64,000 bases of DNA. It comes from Guillardia theta CCMP2712 (Eukaryota; Protista; Cryptophyta). Both the position numbers and the translations under genes were made by a program. The DNA is taken from positions 95,901-159,900 of the forward strand of contig NW_005434632.1 in NCBI RefSeq assembly GCF_000315625.1. The letters run 5' to 3'. Of this stretch, positions 37,050 to 49,600 are shown in pieces; position 1 is the stretch's first letter; each line of letters opens with the position of its first letter. The notes under the pieces are model-generated. The model was not told where the DNA came from, made no database searches, and worked only from the letters and a program-made list of their open reading frames with translations.

Positions 37050-37860
37050 GGCCGAGGCACTGAGAGAGACTCAGTCTGCAGACTAAGAGACTCCGAGTCT
37101 CCGGGCCCGGCGGGCCGGGGTCACGGGGGCCGGGTCCCGGGACTCCCGGATCACTGCGTCGGCGGCTGCGTCCCCGGGCCGGGTAGTACCGTACCCGTGA
37201 TCCGTGTGAGTGCCACGGTCTGATCATGCCACAGTGGAGTCTTCAGATACGGCAGTACAGTGTGTCGGACCGTACAGATCAGGCTTTGCCAGGGTCCGCC
37301 GCCGGTTGGACTCCGGGATTCGGCGGACGCCTGGGCCGGCGCTACTTAAAACGGCGCCCCCGGGAGGCGGGGCCGGGCGGCGCGGCGGTTGAGCCGGGCG
37401 GCGACAGCGGGGCCCGGGGGCGGGGGGGCTGTTTACCATCGCGAGGGCCCTAGAGGGCCAAGCTTGCGTCACCCGGCCGCGGTCTCCAGCGGCCTCCGGG
37501 GTGCGTGCGGCAAACTCGCCCCCGGGTTTGACCATGGTCCGATCTTGTTCCATCTGAGGTCGAGATGATGTCTGCATTGCTTTGGCATAGTACAAGTCTA
37601 ACAAACTTGTCACTCTGTTAAACCGGAGTCCGTCCGCCGAGTCCGGCCGCGACTCGTGACTCGTGACTGGAGACCCGCAGTCCGAGCGGCAGCCCGGCCC
37701 GGGGGCGGCCCGCCCGGCCGCGACGGTTCGGAGTTCCGAACTGAAAGCCTGGGCCAGTGGGAAGTCCGATCATTCTGACAACGGTATCGCTCATAAGTCA
37801 AGCGAACTGTACCAAGACTTAACTTTGAGTAAAGTGTACCAAGACAGTCCTACCCTACCG
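37050..37860. promoter_or_regulatory. GC/CpG-rich non-coding island between divergent genes
   Basis: Same word usage (GACTCGTGACTCGTGAC, CCGGGCCCGG, GTACCGTAC); between the RAP gene (-) and the K+ channel (+). Confidence 0.6.
37819..37834 (-). mobile_element. 16-nt micro-insertion CTTTACTCAAAGTTAA (minus strand) with 11-bp flanking direct repeat
   Basis: TGTACCAAGAC at 37808-37818 and 37835-37845. The insert is identical to 4051-4066. Confidence 0.75.
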
Positions 37861-38365
37861 TGACTGACCCAATAAGTTTTATTCCGTCAGCCATTTTATA
37901 GACAATAATATATTTTAATTTCACAACGGTAGTAATGTAGTGCTATGATACGATCAAGAGGGCCTGGTCAAATACCTATGTCATTTTGTACCAGCACTTA
38001 TTATTTCGTACTGAATTGAAGCTTTTATATATCTAGTAACCGAACCAAAAGGCTTTTTATAAGCTCTAACAGGCAGGGGTGGGGGTGGTGGTAAGGTGAG
38101 CTAGTGATGGGTGGTGTGCCCATCGAAGAAGGGGAATGAGGGGGTAGGGGTACACGGGCATGGACAGATGGGGAAACACACAAGACAGCCTCGGACACAT
38201 CAATAGGGGTGGGGGTAGGGGGTAGTGCCGTTGCCGGGGAGTGCGGGAGAAGTCGTCCGTCGCTATGCAGATTCTTGGCTCGGGCAGCGATGGGTGCAAA
38301 GAAGAGGCAGAGGAGGAGATGAGAGAGTGAGAAGGAGGAGTCAGAACTCTGTGAACATGCGTTCA

Positions 38366-41284
38366 TGGACATCTCTCGTCATCGCAAGGAGTTGAGATCC
38401 CCTCGACACCCTCCTTGGGCTGATATCATTTCTTCGAACCCCTGACCTAGGTCCCGGTCTCTGCTATCCTCCCCAATGATTTCTGGGGTTTGATGCAGGA
38501 TTGCAATTTGCTAAGCTGTCAGCTGTGAATATTGTCTATCTCATTTCTCTAGAATGCTTGTCAACTCAGCTCGCAATGGGTTATCAAGAGCGAAAGACAT
38601 CAACAACAGAAGGAGAAGTGTCAGAGTCAACCGGAATGAATCGACACGTAAGAGCGTTGCTGCTTCTTTTTGTGTCATGAAGATATTGACAACATGACCT
38701 TCTAGACGACGTGAAGCGAACGTCAGATTCAAAACATGGTCGACCGAAGAGACGTAATGTCCTCTCATTTTTGCAGAGCCGATCTTTCACGGAGACGGTC
38801 GAGAAGAAGGTAACATAGTTTGTGTCCATGCATTCTTGTGCCGAGGTGACTCATAACATTTACAGCGGACTAAATGGGAAAATTTCCTTCTCTTTTGGCG
38901 CTTGTTGGTCAGCAGACAAGGACCCTCAGATGACATGTATCATCTGCACCTGCCACGAACAGGAAAACCCGATTGGCTCTACATCTCTTGTGTTGGAAGA
39001 TATCGTCATTGTTGGGACTTCATCTCTCTCCTAGCTGTCCTCTATTGCACGTTTTCTGTCCCTTATGACATGTGCTTCAATCCTCCTTCAACCAATGTCT
39101 TCAGCTGCATCGACATGGCGATCGAAGCGTTTTTCGTGACAGACGTTGTGTCTAACTTTTTCACATCGTATCAGGACCATTGTGGTGAAGTGACCTCGAA
39201 ATTTATGATTGCTTTGAATTACTGCAGAAGTTGGCTGGTTATTGACTCAGTCTCATCAATTCCCTCTGAGATAATTTCACGCATTGCCAGCTCCTTATCT
39301 ACATCCCAGCAAAGCTCAAATATCTCAGTCCTGAATCATCTCAGAATAATCCGAATTTTGCGTCTGACCAAACTCCTGCGGCTCTTAAAATTGAACTACA
39401 TCATTGAAGCGATACAACTTCGATTCCCTATGTTGGAACCTGTCCTGGGACTCTTTCGACTAATCTTTATGATGATGCTGGTTGCTCACGTACAAGCATG
39501 TGTCTTCTATTATGTTGCTACTTTAAACATCCAGAACTCGTGGATCTCAAAGTTTCATTTCAATTGTTGCAACGAAGAAAGAGTTCCATCTCAATATCAG
39601 GGGTCTCAGGTTTGTTTCGACCCTGCATTGCAACCTTCCTTGATGGTTTTGTATATCAATTCTTTGTACTGGGCTTTTACGACGCTAACTTCTGTCGGAT
39701 ATGGAGATATTACTCCCTGTAATTATTTAGAATTCATTTACACTACTTGCAGTATGGTCATTGGAAGTGGTATCTTTGCGTATGTTGTCGGCAATATAGC
39801 TGCTGTCGTGAGTACGCAGAAAGGGAGTGAGATACGATACAAGACCAAGTTGAAAGATCTACAGGAATATCTGAATATCAGAACAGTTCCCAAGTCTGTA
39901 GCATTTCCAATCCTACAGCAGTGTATGAATCAATGGTCCAGAAGTGTCTACGATGAAGAGTTTCTGTTGCGAGAAGTCAATGGGCAACTGAGAAGGGAAA
40001 TGATCCTCGCAGTTCACGGCAGTACCCTCTTTAACATCTCACTGTTCAGAGAGATTTCCCGGGAGAACGAAGACTTCATGGTGGAGTTGTCTCTGAAGAT
40101 GGGATCCACAATCTTCTTGAAGAATGAAGAGCTTGACTTGTCGGATTTTGAGGGGACAGGAGCGAGCATGTATTCGATCAAGTCGGGGACGGTAATATTC
40201 GTTCATACTCAGATATGGCTGGGAAGGAGCTGACGAGCATCGGCAGGTTTCAGTGACTTGTAATGAGCTGGGAGAGAACAAAGTCGAGAACATTCACGCT
40301 GGAGGCATCTTGAACTTCAAGCCCATGATACACTCGGTTCGCATGCAATCCTGTCTCTCTATCTCGCTGTTAATTTGTTCCATCAGGTTGTTCAGCGATT
40401 GTTACACGAACAATATTTTTCAAAGACGGAAAGCGGGGTCATCGCAAGGGCTGTGAACTTTGTCGAGACCTTTCAATTGAGGGCTCAAGATGTCGAGGCT
40501 TGCATTCTGAAATGCGACACGCATCACGATATCTTCGACAAGATCAAACAATTCTGCGCAGGTTGATGCTCATCATTGCTGTAAAGGCTGCTTGTGCCCT
40601 GACTCTGGTTGTCAGACGATTACAAGGAATGTCAGGGCGAGGAGCAGGTGTTCATGGGATACGTAGATCTGGTCTGTCGTCATGTATGTTTGAACATGTC
40701 ATGATCTCATTCATTGTTTCCTTCCTGACCAGGAACGAGCTCAGTCACTGCACGAGAGCAATCAAGACGGTTCACGAGGCTCGAGGATTGAGGACTATCA
40801 GAGTCAGCACAATAATGATTTCATAGCCAAGGTAAGACACCCTGGTGTGGGGGAAAAGCTCAGCACAGCATTTGTTGCAGAGCGCGGACTACAAGGTAGA
40901 GGAGCATGAAGAGGAAATGCCCAACGGCAAAGACAACCACGTTTTTGAGATCCACAAGCAAGAGATTTTACCTGATTTGAACCTGGATGTTGAACTTTCC
41001 AACGATGTCTCTTCCTGTACAAACCACACAATACCGTGAGTGCAGCCCTGGCATCTTCTATGACTGATTGGGAGATTGATTATGATCTGTACAGTCTGCA
41101 GTGCATTGATAATGAGGATCAAGTAACAATGTCGCGAAAAGAATTCGACATGTTGAACAGGTTGTCTTCGTACCTTTTTCCTATTGAAGGACTGACATGT
41201 ATTGTTAGTATGCTTCATCAAAGCGCGGAGAAAATTGGCAAGTTCCTGAAAGAAAGAAAAAACAATCTCCGGAGCCAGGGTTAG
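38366..41284 (+). CDS. Voltage-gated K+ channel with cyclic-nucleotide-binding domain (EAG/KCNH/HCN-like); ends approximate
   Basis: S1-S6 segments, S4 LRIIRILRLTKLLRLLKL, pore SLYWAFTTLTSVGYGDITP, C-linker and CNBD (MYSIKSGTV). Confidence 0.9.
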
Positions 41285-41602
41285 ATGCCGTTGAGGATTG
41301 CATCATGGAGAACACTCTGGAAATTGTACTTGAAGATGTATTTTTTGGCCTTTCAAGTTTGAAGGCCTGTAACATGATAGATTAAGATGTGAAAGAATTT
41401 GTTTTTGTGTCCAATTCTTGCCCCTTGGCTATTCGTTCCGACTCTACTATCACACAAACAACAGGATTTCATGCAGAAAACAAGGTAACGCGGTCACAAC
41501 AACATTCAATATCGCAATAAAGAGCATCGTTGGATGGGTTTACTCTCAAAAGAAGGACATGCAATTTGTTTACAGCGGATTCTTGTCTCTCAATCGTCTC
41601 AA

Positions 41603-43281
41603 TCATCTTGCTCCTTTGGGTGTTTTGGTTAGAATAGACCGCGTTTGGAGGAACATGGCTCAAACCTCGCTTCTTGGATTTCTTGTTTCCTGGGAGCCTC
41701 CCAACGTCTTCGAAAGATCGTTTTTTGAGAATCTGTTGTTTCATTCGTCATCATATGTCTACTTACAGCACTTCCCCTTGCCTTGGATTCTTGCTCGCTT
41801 AAATCTTGATGATTGGCGACATTGTCGAATGTCAAGTTGTCATACTCCTCAAATCCGTCGATCGAAGCTCCCTTCCGCTTCATCTGTTTGGTGCCGTGCA
41901 GACAGTCAGATCAACGGCCCTCAGTCTCCTAGTCATCCCCGCTGAACAGGCTGCGGGCACAGCAAACCATGAAAAGCTTTTACCTGCTTCAGACGATGAC
42001 GTTCTTTCTTGCTCACTTGAAGGCGGAGGAAATTGTCTTCTTCAAACTTGGTTCTAGCCATGACTGTCAGCCTCTCCTCTCCGCTGTTTCCCAGCTTTTA
42101 CCTGTGTGCAAGCTCTTCGTCCTTGTACTGCGAGGAAGCTCCAATGGATTCCCTGGACTAACATCAGACTCGAGTTTGCAGAGCTAGTCATGTAACATTT
42201 CAACAGGAGCGTCGTCAAACTGCTCCCGAAGTGCCATGACAATCTCACTCTGTTACAGTCTGACGTCAGTAGTGGGTCAAGAAAACTCCTGCTCCCCACC
42301 TTGGCTGCCTTCTTAGCTTTTCTTTCATGCGCTCTCCTTTTCTTGGCCTCCTCCCTTCAAATTGCCATGAGCTTGTACAAGTCATCATCAGTGGGCTCAC
42401 TTGTCTTCGAAGTGCATGGCAGAAATCTTTGGGGGTCGGTAAACCCCTTGTTTGTCAGCTGCATCTCTATCTCCCTCTTCTCCATCTTTCACAACCAATC
42501 AGCAAACAGCTTCCCACGTCTCCCATGCACCTTCTTCATCTCCCTCCTCTCGCGCCCCTGCTGTCTCTCCGGGTGCAAGCAGAGCCTCGGGGTTCGGCTT
42601 GAATCGAAGCTGAAGAGGAGTCACCCCGACTTGGCAATGCTTGCCTTCTCCTTACCGCGTTCTCCTGCTCCGCCGTGGACGACTCCGTGTTAGTGTTGAT
42701 CTTGAGCAGCTTGTCCATCTGGTATTTCAGCTGCAAGACTGCTCAGTGCCGAGGAGTCTCGTCAGGGGTCAGACCTTAGTGTCCATCGGTCTCATCTTCT
42801 CCATGAAGATCCTCAGCTCGATGAGCTTCTTGATGACAGGATGGTTCATGATCGACATCCCGTTGAGCTTCAGGAACAGGTAGAAGGACAGGTTCGTGCA
42901 GTAGCTGAGCAGCAGCTGCAGCTTCAGCTCCAGGTACGAGACTCCGTTGCTAGTCGGCAGCGCCCCTTCCTTGACCCTCTCAGTGTCTGCAGACAGTTGC
43001 GTCCGTACTTCTGCTATCTGGCTCTTAAAGTCTCTGAGCATGGCGATCAGGTCCGGCGCTTCAGCTGTCAGCACCTCCTCCCGCAGTTGTTGGGAGACGT
43101 CGGCAAAGGCGTCAACAGCCTGATCTGTCTCTTTCACATGCTCTTTGTCGTGATCGACAATCTTCTTCGCCGACTTCTTCTTCTGCGCTGAATTCACTGC
43201 TCCTTTTGCCTTGGGTGTGGAGCTCGGAGTATTTTGATTTGCTGCTTTGTTTCTCACCTTCTCTCTGCTAGTTTCAACCAT
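41603..43281 (-). CDS. NGDN: Neuroguidin/Lcp5 (Sas10/Utp3/C1D family)
   Basis: GVSYLELKLQLLLSYCTNL, HPVIKKLIELRIFMEKMRPMD, LKYQMDKLLK, GVYRPPKISAMHF. Confidence 0.88.
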
Positions 43282-43739
43282 TTTGTCTTCCTGGCCCCTG
43301 AAATCAGATCGCCATGTTCACCCTTGCCCTGCCATAAAATTCTCTAGTAAGATTATTGAAACTTCGTTTCTTGACCTGCCCCCTCTGTAATAAGTTTCCC
43401 CCTTCTTCTGCAGCAACGGCAGAGATCAAAATGTATTCCATTCCCTCGTCTCTCTTTCATTAGATGGATGATTTCTCCTTTCTCTCCACCTCTCCTTCGA
43501 GTTACGCGCAAATATTTCCCCTGGTCCCCCGCATTAAACCTCCTTCCCCCTCCACTATCCCGCAATCTTCTTCCTCATCTTTCCGTGTCTTCGATCCAAG
43601 GCCAGCTTTCGTGACCACATCCCTCCCTTCGCTCTTCCTCCACTCCTCACTCCTCCTCCTCTCCTCCCTCCCTGAACCACGACCGCACGTGCATTTCTGC
43701 AGCAGTAACAAACAACAAGTCCGCCCCGGCAGGTCAAAC

Positions 43740-43915
43740 TCTCTAGTGAAATGTCTCCGACGGCCGCCGGAGGCACTGGCCCGGCCCCGGACCCCCGGCC
43801 TCCGGCCCACCGGGCCTGCGTTTCACCGGGCGCGACATGCCTTTCTTGACCCTCACATCACGATTGTTTACTCAAAGTTAAGTTAAATTATTAATAGAAA
43901 AGTTTACTCATCCAA
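43740..43915. promoter_or_regulatory. Short GC-rich island plus micro-element copy (GTTTACTCAAAGTTAAGTTAA, 43866-43886) and a partial copy (43902)
   Basis: Between NGDN (-) and ZIP (+). No convincing flanking direct repeat for these copies. Confidence 0.55.
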
Positions 43916-44666
43916 CAAAGCCGAGCAGCGGTTGATCTGGCTACCCACCCCTCCTTCAGATGCCCTCCCATAGGAGAACCACCAAGGTTATTCTTTTCTG
44001 CACGGAACAAACAATTTTACCACCCTAGATTTAATCCACCCACCCCTCCTGTTCTCCCACCCCCATGCCGGTAAACCCAAATCAACCATGGACCATTATA
44101 TCACACCCCTACCCTCGAAATATCAGTTAAAGTACCTCCTAGTCTCTAACCTCGGACACCACCCCTGCTCTGTTCTATCCTTCCTCGACTTGCAATCCCC
44201 AAGCAGACCCCTACGAAACGAAGATATTCACCCACCCCACCTATGCATGCAATCGTACCTTCATACCCAGCTTTCTTTGCAGTTACCCCATCAATACCAG
44301 CTCAAAGTAGGGGTACTGTATGTGGTAGTCATTCAAGGAGGGGTCATAGGGGAAACGGTAGGGAGGGGTGGTGCTGGGTAAGGTCGATGGGCATGCAGAC
44401 GCTTCTGGGGACGTGTTGAGGACAAACCCGTAGACCCCTTGCTCCTCTCTGGTTTTGTTCCGCTCCTGTTGAACATCTACTCACCTTGTAGCATCTCGTT
44501 GGACCAAATCATCGCTGCCCTCTGTATCGTCTCGTAGGTGAGGGGGTTCACCCCTGCTCCTACTGGCGTCCAGGGACACTCGTGCTCGCTTTTTGCACAT
44601 TTCTGCGGAAAATTAGGTCTTGATTGCATCGGATATCAGCTTTATTACCCACAAAAGTTTCAAATC

Positions 44667-46013
44667 ATGCCAGAAAAGCTTGTTAGCCTCAAGATTGGAG
44701 CGCTCTTTGCGGTCCTCGTTGCGTCGGTCATAGGAATAATGATCCCTATACTTCGATGGCGGAATCAAAGCCCCAAAGAGTCGCGAGCAGGGGCGTTCTG
44801 GTATTTCATTCTTAGATCCTATGCAGCTGGCGTCATGCTTGCTTTAGCATTTGTTCATATTATCGCCGATGCGCTAGCTACCATGGATGGTCTGACTGGA
44901 AATTTTCCGATAGGTTCAGTTTTTGTAATGCTGGGTGTTATGACCATGATGATTGTTGAGAGACTCTCCTTGGATTTTGGATCCTTCTTCAGCAAAAAAT
45001 CTGAAGATGGGGTGTCTGTCGTTAGCCAAGAGTCTTCACAAAATCCAACACCCTCTGATTGCGCTAAGCCTCCATACTCTCCTGCAGATTTTCCCCAGGC
45101 ACATCCGTACGGCATTGCGCCAGCTTCACTAGGGTTGAATTATCCAGCGGATACGATCATCTCACCTCATGCAATACAAATGCAGCATCGTGTACTGCCG
45201 CTGGGACCAGTCCAAGACGTCGAGAGCTCCACTGACCTGTCACAGGACGATGCCAAGCCGAAGGTGATGCTGGGCATGCTAGAGCTGGGGATCGTCGTTC
45301 ACTCGGTCATCATTGGAATGGATCTTGGCGTAAAGACAGACAGACCTAGTGCGATTGTTGGACTCGTGATAGCTCTTTGCTTCCATCAGTTCTTCGAAGG
45401 CCTTGGGCTGGGATCTTGTATCGCCAACGTGATGCATGATAAGGATTCTCAAGTGAACTGGTGCAAGGTGCGTGGCGGACTTGACTTGTCAACTACCTTC
45501 ATGTAGTTGCCTTGCTCACACGTGACCCTCCAGGTCGTCATGATGGTCGCCGTCTTCTCCTTGACATTCCCACTGGGAGGCGCCTTGGGTATGATCAGCA
45601 TCGCAGCAGAGTCCTTTCATGCCGACAACCTGTTCCAACCATGGCTTCAAGGTGAGCCCCCATGCTGACTTCGATTTTGGTCTTACCCACTCGTGGTCGC
45701 GTTTCCTGTTGTGTTCTTGTATTATTGTTGTTGTGTTGTTGTTGCTCTTGATTCGGTAGGAAATGATGGCTCTTCACTGCAGGAACCTTGGATGCGATAA
45801 GTGGGGGCGTGCTTGTATATTTAGCTTTTATTCATTTCATTGCTGGTATTGCAGTGCTACTCCATGCTCCAGGTTTCACTTACTTTATTTCTCTCAGAGG
45901 ATTTCAACAGAGCAGACATCAACTCGCGGGAGAACTTGGCCCTGCGATGGCTAATGCTGCTCAGCGTCGTCCTCGGAGCCACTTGTATGTCTTTGTTAGC
46001 ACTTCAAGCTTGA
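44667..46013 (+). CDS. ZIP-family (ZRT/IRT-like) Zn/Fe transporter
   Basis: AAGVMLALAFVHII, LELGIVVHSVIIG, ALCFHQFFEGLGLG, DAISGGVLVYLAF, ending MSLLALQA*. Confidence 0.93.
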
Positions 46014-46635
46014 GTTGTACAGCTATTCATGTAAAAACAAGGATCTATAATGCTCTCCTACCACTCGTCATCCCAGGATGCCATCTTACACGTCCGTTTC
46101 CTGGCAGGTTCTATCGTACAACTATACATGTTTATGCCGCTTGCCCCTTCCCCTTTCCTTCCTCCTCTTCTCTTCTCGTACCTTGTCCTACCCATTCCGC
46201 CTCCTCCTTTCGCTGAGTCAACGGTTGTCCGAGTCTACCACTGCATCAGCATTTTCGCTGTTCGGTGATATTGCGAAGTTGAGTAAAAAAAACCTTTGGG
46301 AACCTTTGAAATGGCGGGGAAGCAAAGACACCGGAGGAGGGGGGAATACGAGGTGGAGTGGGAGAGCACTGGGAGGAGAGGAAGAGAGGAGGATACAAAT
46401 GACCGGGATGTAATGGTGAAACAGAGCAAGTGTCCTCTTCGTAGGTGTACACTCACTCTCGCTCCTTCTCTCCTCTCCTTCTCTCCCCATTCCTCCCCTT
46501 TGCTGTCACTTGTGAGGTTTGCACATTTTTTGTTGTGAGGCAGACTAGACAGTGCCTTGTCATCAGCTGAATTTCTTCACCCTCATGTTTGGTGTCATCA
46601 GAAGCCATTGCGGAGCTTGACGAGGAATATCGCAG

Positions 46636-49600
46636 ATGGAGTCCAGTGCCCACCTCGAAGTGTTAGCATTGAAGCGACAGGTTGACGACCTTGTCTTTGA
46701 TCGACCCTCCTCTCATCTTGTTGGTTTGCAGGAGATTTCCAACAGGCGAAAGATGTTTGAAGCAACCATCAGGCGCAAGGAAGAAGCGCTCTCTCAGTCA
46801 CGACGATCCTCAGGTGCAGGGCTGGTGCGTGCACGAACAACATCCGGCAATGTTGACTGATGTCGCAGCTTCGCATTGGCAAAAGAGACTCCGAGAGTTC
46901 GAACATTCGCGGGAAGAAGCGAAGAAGAGGAATGAAGATGTGCGACGTTGAGTGAGAGGGAGATTTTGGCGATGATATCGTTCCCTTATTCAGCTCTTGC
47001 TGGCGCTCAAAGACATTCAAAGCAATATGACGCAAACGGGGTAATTTGCGCTGTTATTGGCTTGGAGACGTTGACTGCCACTGTCAGAGCCATCTTCTCC
47101 CAAGAGTTTGCAACTCTGGAGGTAGTGAGAGGCTCATGTCCTCCATCTTTGCTGATCGTGTGTCAGAGTGAGAAAGATCGAGTCAGACGATACGTTGACA
47201 ACAACATGCATCGATGGTTCGCGCAACGGGCACTACCTCGTTGCCGCCTGACGCCTGTGGGCGCATGCAGGGTGGACGAGTACAGGGAGAAGAAGAAGCA
47301 GAAAGAAGAGCAGGCAGCAAAGGCAAAGGAGAAACATGTACACCGTACTGTCTCATGCGTTGTCGATCTGATTCCTATGGATCTGAAGGAGAGGATGAAG
47401 ATGCTGGAGGAGAAGTCAAGACGCTCTCAAGGGCATTCCGATCAAAATCTGCAGGAGCGGAAAGCAGGTTGGAACATGCTGCTCAACTCCGTGGGGTGTT
47501 GACATGTTGTAAGCTCGCGATTCTCAATACCAAGACCCAGAGACTTCAAATGGTGCCCGTTGCTCCTCCAGCCTCACCTGCTCACTCTTCTCTCCACTCA
47601 CTGCCATGACGCTACTCGATGCTGTCATGTTGACTGCGTCATGTTTGGCAGATGTGCATGCATCGGTGCAAGGGCGTGGAGTGAAAGTTGTTGGGGCCAA
47701 TGAGGCCAGGAGGGTGAGTTTGATCCCAGAAGACAAGGACAAGCAAGAGATGGAGGGAGCGACGACTGTGCAAGAGGAGATGCGATCACCAAATCGAGAT
47801 GTTGTTGTCAAGGTTGAGCACCGAACCTCCGAGAAGTTCAACAGGAGCACGGACGACGAGGATCGTTCGCTTTCGGATGGGCATGGCGAGAGAAGGAAGG
47901 AAGGAAGCGACAAGGCCGAGCAGAGAGGGAAAGAAGAAGGATCAAATCAAAACATCGACAAGGACAGAGAAACCAAGAGGGAGGAGGTTAAAGGCTTCAA
48001 GCAAAGTCCAGAAGGGAAGCAAATGAAAGTGACCAGCGGGTCAGACTATAGCCTGCAAGGGCAGGCGATCCACGAGTTGAGCGCAAGAGGAGAAGACAGT
48101 GAAGACGGTGACACGACGAGAGTGAAGAAGGCGGGGGAACGGGGAGGACACGAGGAGAGAGAAGAGGACACGATGGGAAGGATCGAGAAAACCATGGAAG
48201 TTGAGAAGCAGGAGGAAGAAAGGAGGGCTTTAGATCAAAGACGGAGGGAGGAGGAGGAGAGGCAAGCAGCAAGGAGAGAGGAAGGAGGGAGGGATGAGGC
48301 AAGACGAGAAGCCGAGAGAAAGGCTGAAGCACAGCGCCGAGAGGAGGAGAGGAGGCGAGACGAAGAGCGGCGCAGGGACGAACAGGAGGAAGAGAGACGA
48401 GCACAAAAGGGGCGTGAGGAGGAGAAGAGGCGGGAGGAGGAGAAGAGGAGGGAGGAAGAAAAGAGGAGGAGGAAGAGAAGAGGAGGGAGGAAGAGCAGAA
48501 GGAGGCTGAAAGGAGGGAAGAGGAGAGGAGGCTGAAAGAGTCGATGGAGCATGAAGGGAGGCAGAAAGCAGAGGAAACCAAAGTACGGGAAGCAGCAGCA
48601 CGAACGAGCAAAGCGCAAACAGAGCAGACAAGAAAGTCACTGGATCAAGAGCAAGAGGTGATCGGCTACTTTCTTTCTTCTCTCTCCCTTACTCCCCCTC
48701 CTTTGTTCCTGCATACTATCCTTTCCGCTTCCCTGTTCGCTTCTCTTTTTCCACCCCCCCTCCCTCGTCTCCCCCTCTCCATGCCATCTCACTTACGCCT
48801 CCTCACTTTTTCAGGATCACATCATGATGTCCATGGTCTGCTTGCTCAGAGCTTCTGCAGTCCTGCTGACAAACTTGCAGACTGACGAACAAGTTCAGTC
48901 GTACCTGAGCCAAACCCTCCCTGACTTGCGGACACACCTCAAGGTGATCGAGCTTGCGTTCAAAGGAAGAGGAGGAGAGATTGGCGGAGCGAGCGGGCTA
49001 GGGAGGGAGGGAGGGAGGAAAAGAAGGGCATGCAGGACGGGGAGGAGAAAGAAGGTGAGAAGGAAGTTCTGAACTACCTGAAGGTCGTGAAACATCTGGT
49101 TGTGCAATTGGACGCAGCGACTAAGGAGCACGTGGCAAGCCAAGAGCCTTTCCCCTCCAACATCTACAACAACAACTTCTACCAGATCTCGCTTCAGAAA
49201 CTTGTCTGCGAGCATCCCCTGCTGGCCGATTGCTGTGCACTGATGTAGGCTGACAGGCCTTGATCGTGAAAGACATCACCTCCAACACGAATGCTGTCTC
49301 AAAGGTCTGGCAAGAGTGAGATTTACATCTGTCGAGGTGAAAATTTGTACGCCAACCCAGAACGGTCTGGAGAACAGTGCGGCCTCCTTTGCTGAGCTCA
49401 TCAAGAGGTCTCCTCCTCCTCTTGTGCTGTGCTCTGCTCTGCTCTGCTCTAGCTTTTGTCCTTCATTCCTCTCGTTTCTTACCCTTCATCTCCCTTTGTT
49501 CCTTGGTACATCACGATGTTTTTTCTGTCTGCCCTCTCACCTCCTCTCTTCTTCTCCCCTCCTCTCTTCCTGCCTCCTTCTTGTCTCTGCTCCTCCCGCT

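Noticed and set aside
46279-46287. TTGAGTAAA (and TGAGTAAAG at 51141) as further micro-element copies
   Set aside because: Only 9-nt matches, with no tail and no convincing flanking duplication.
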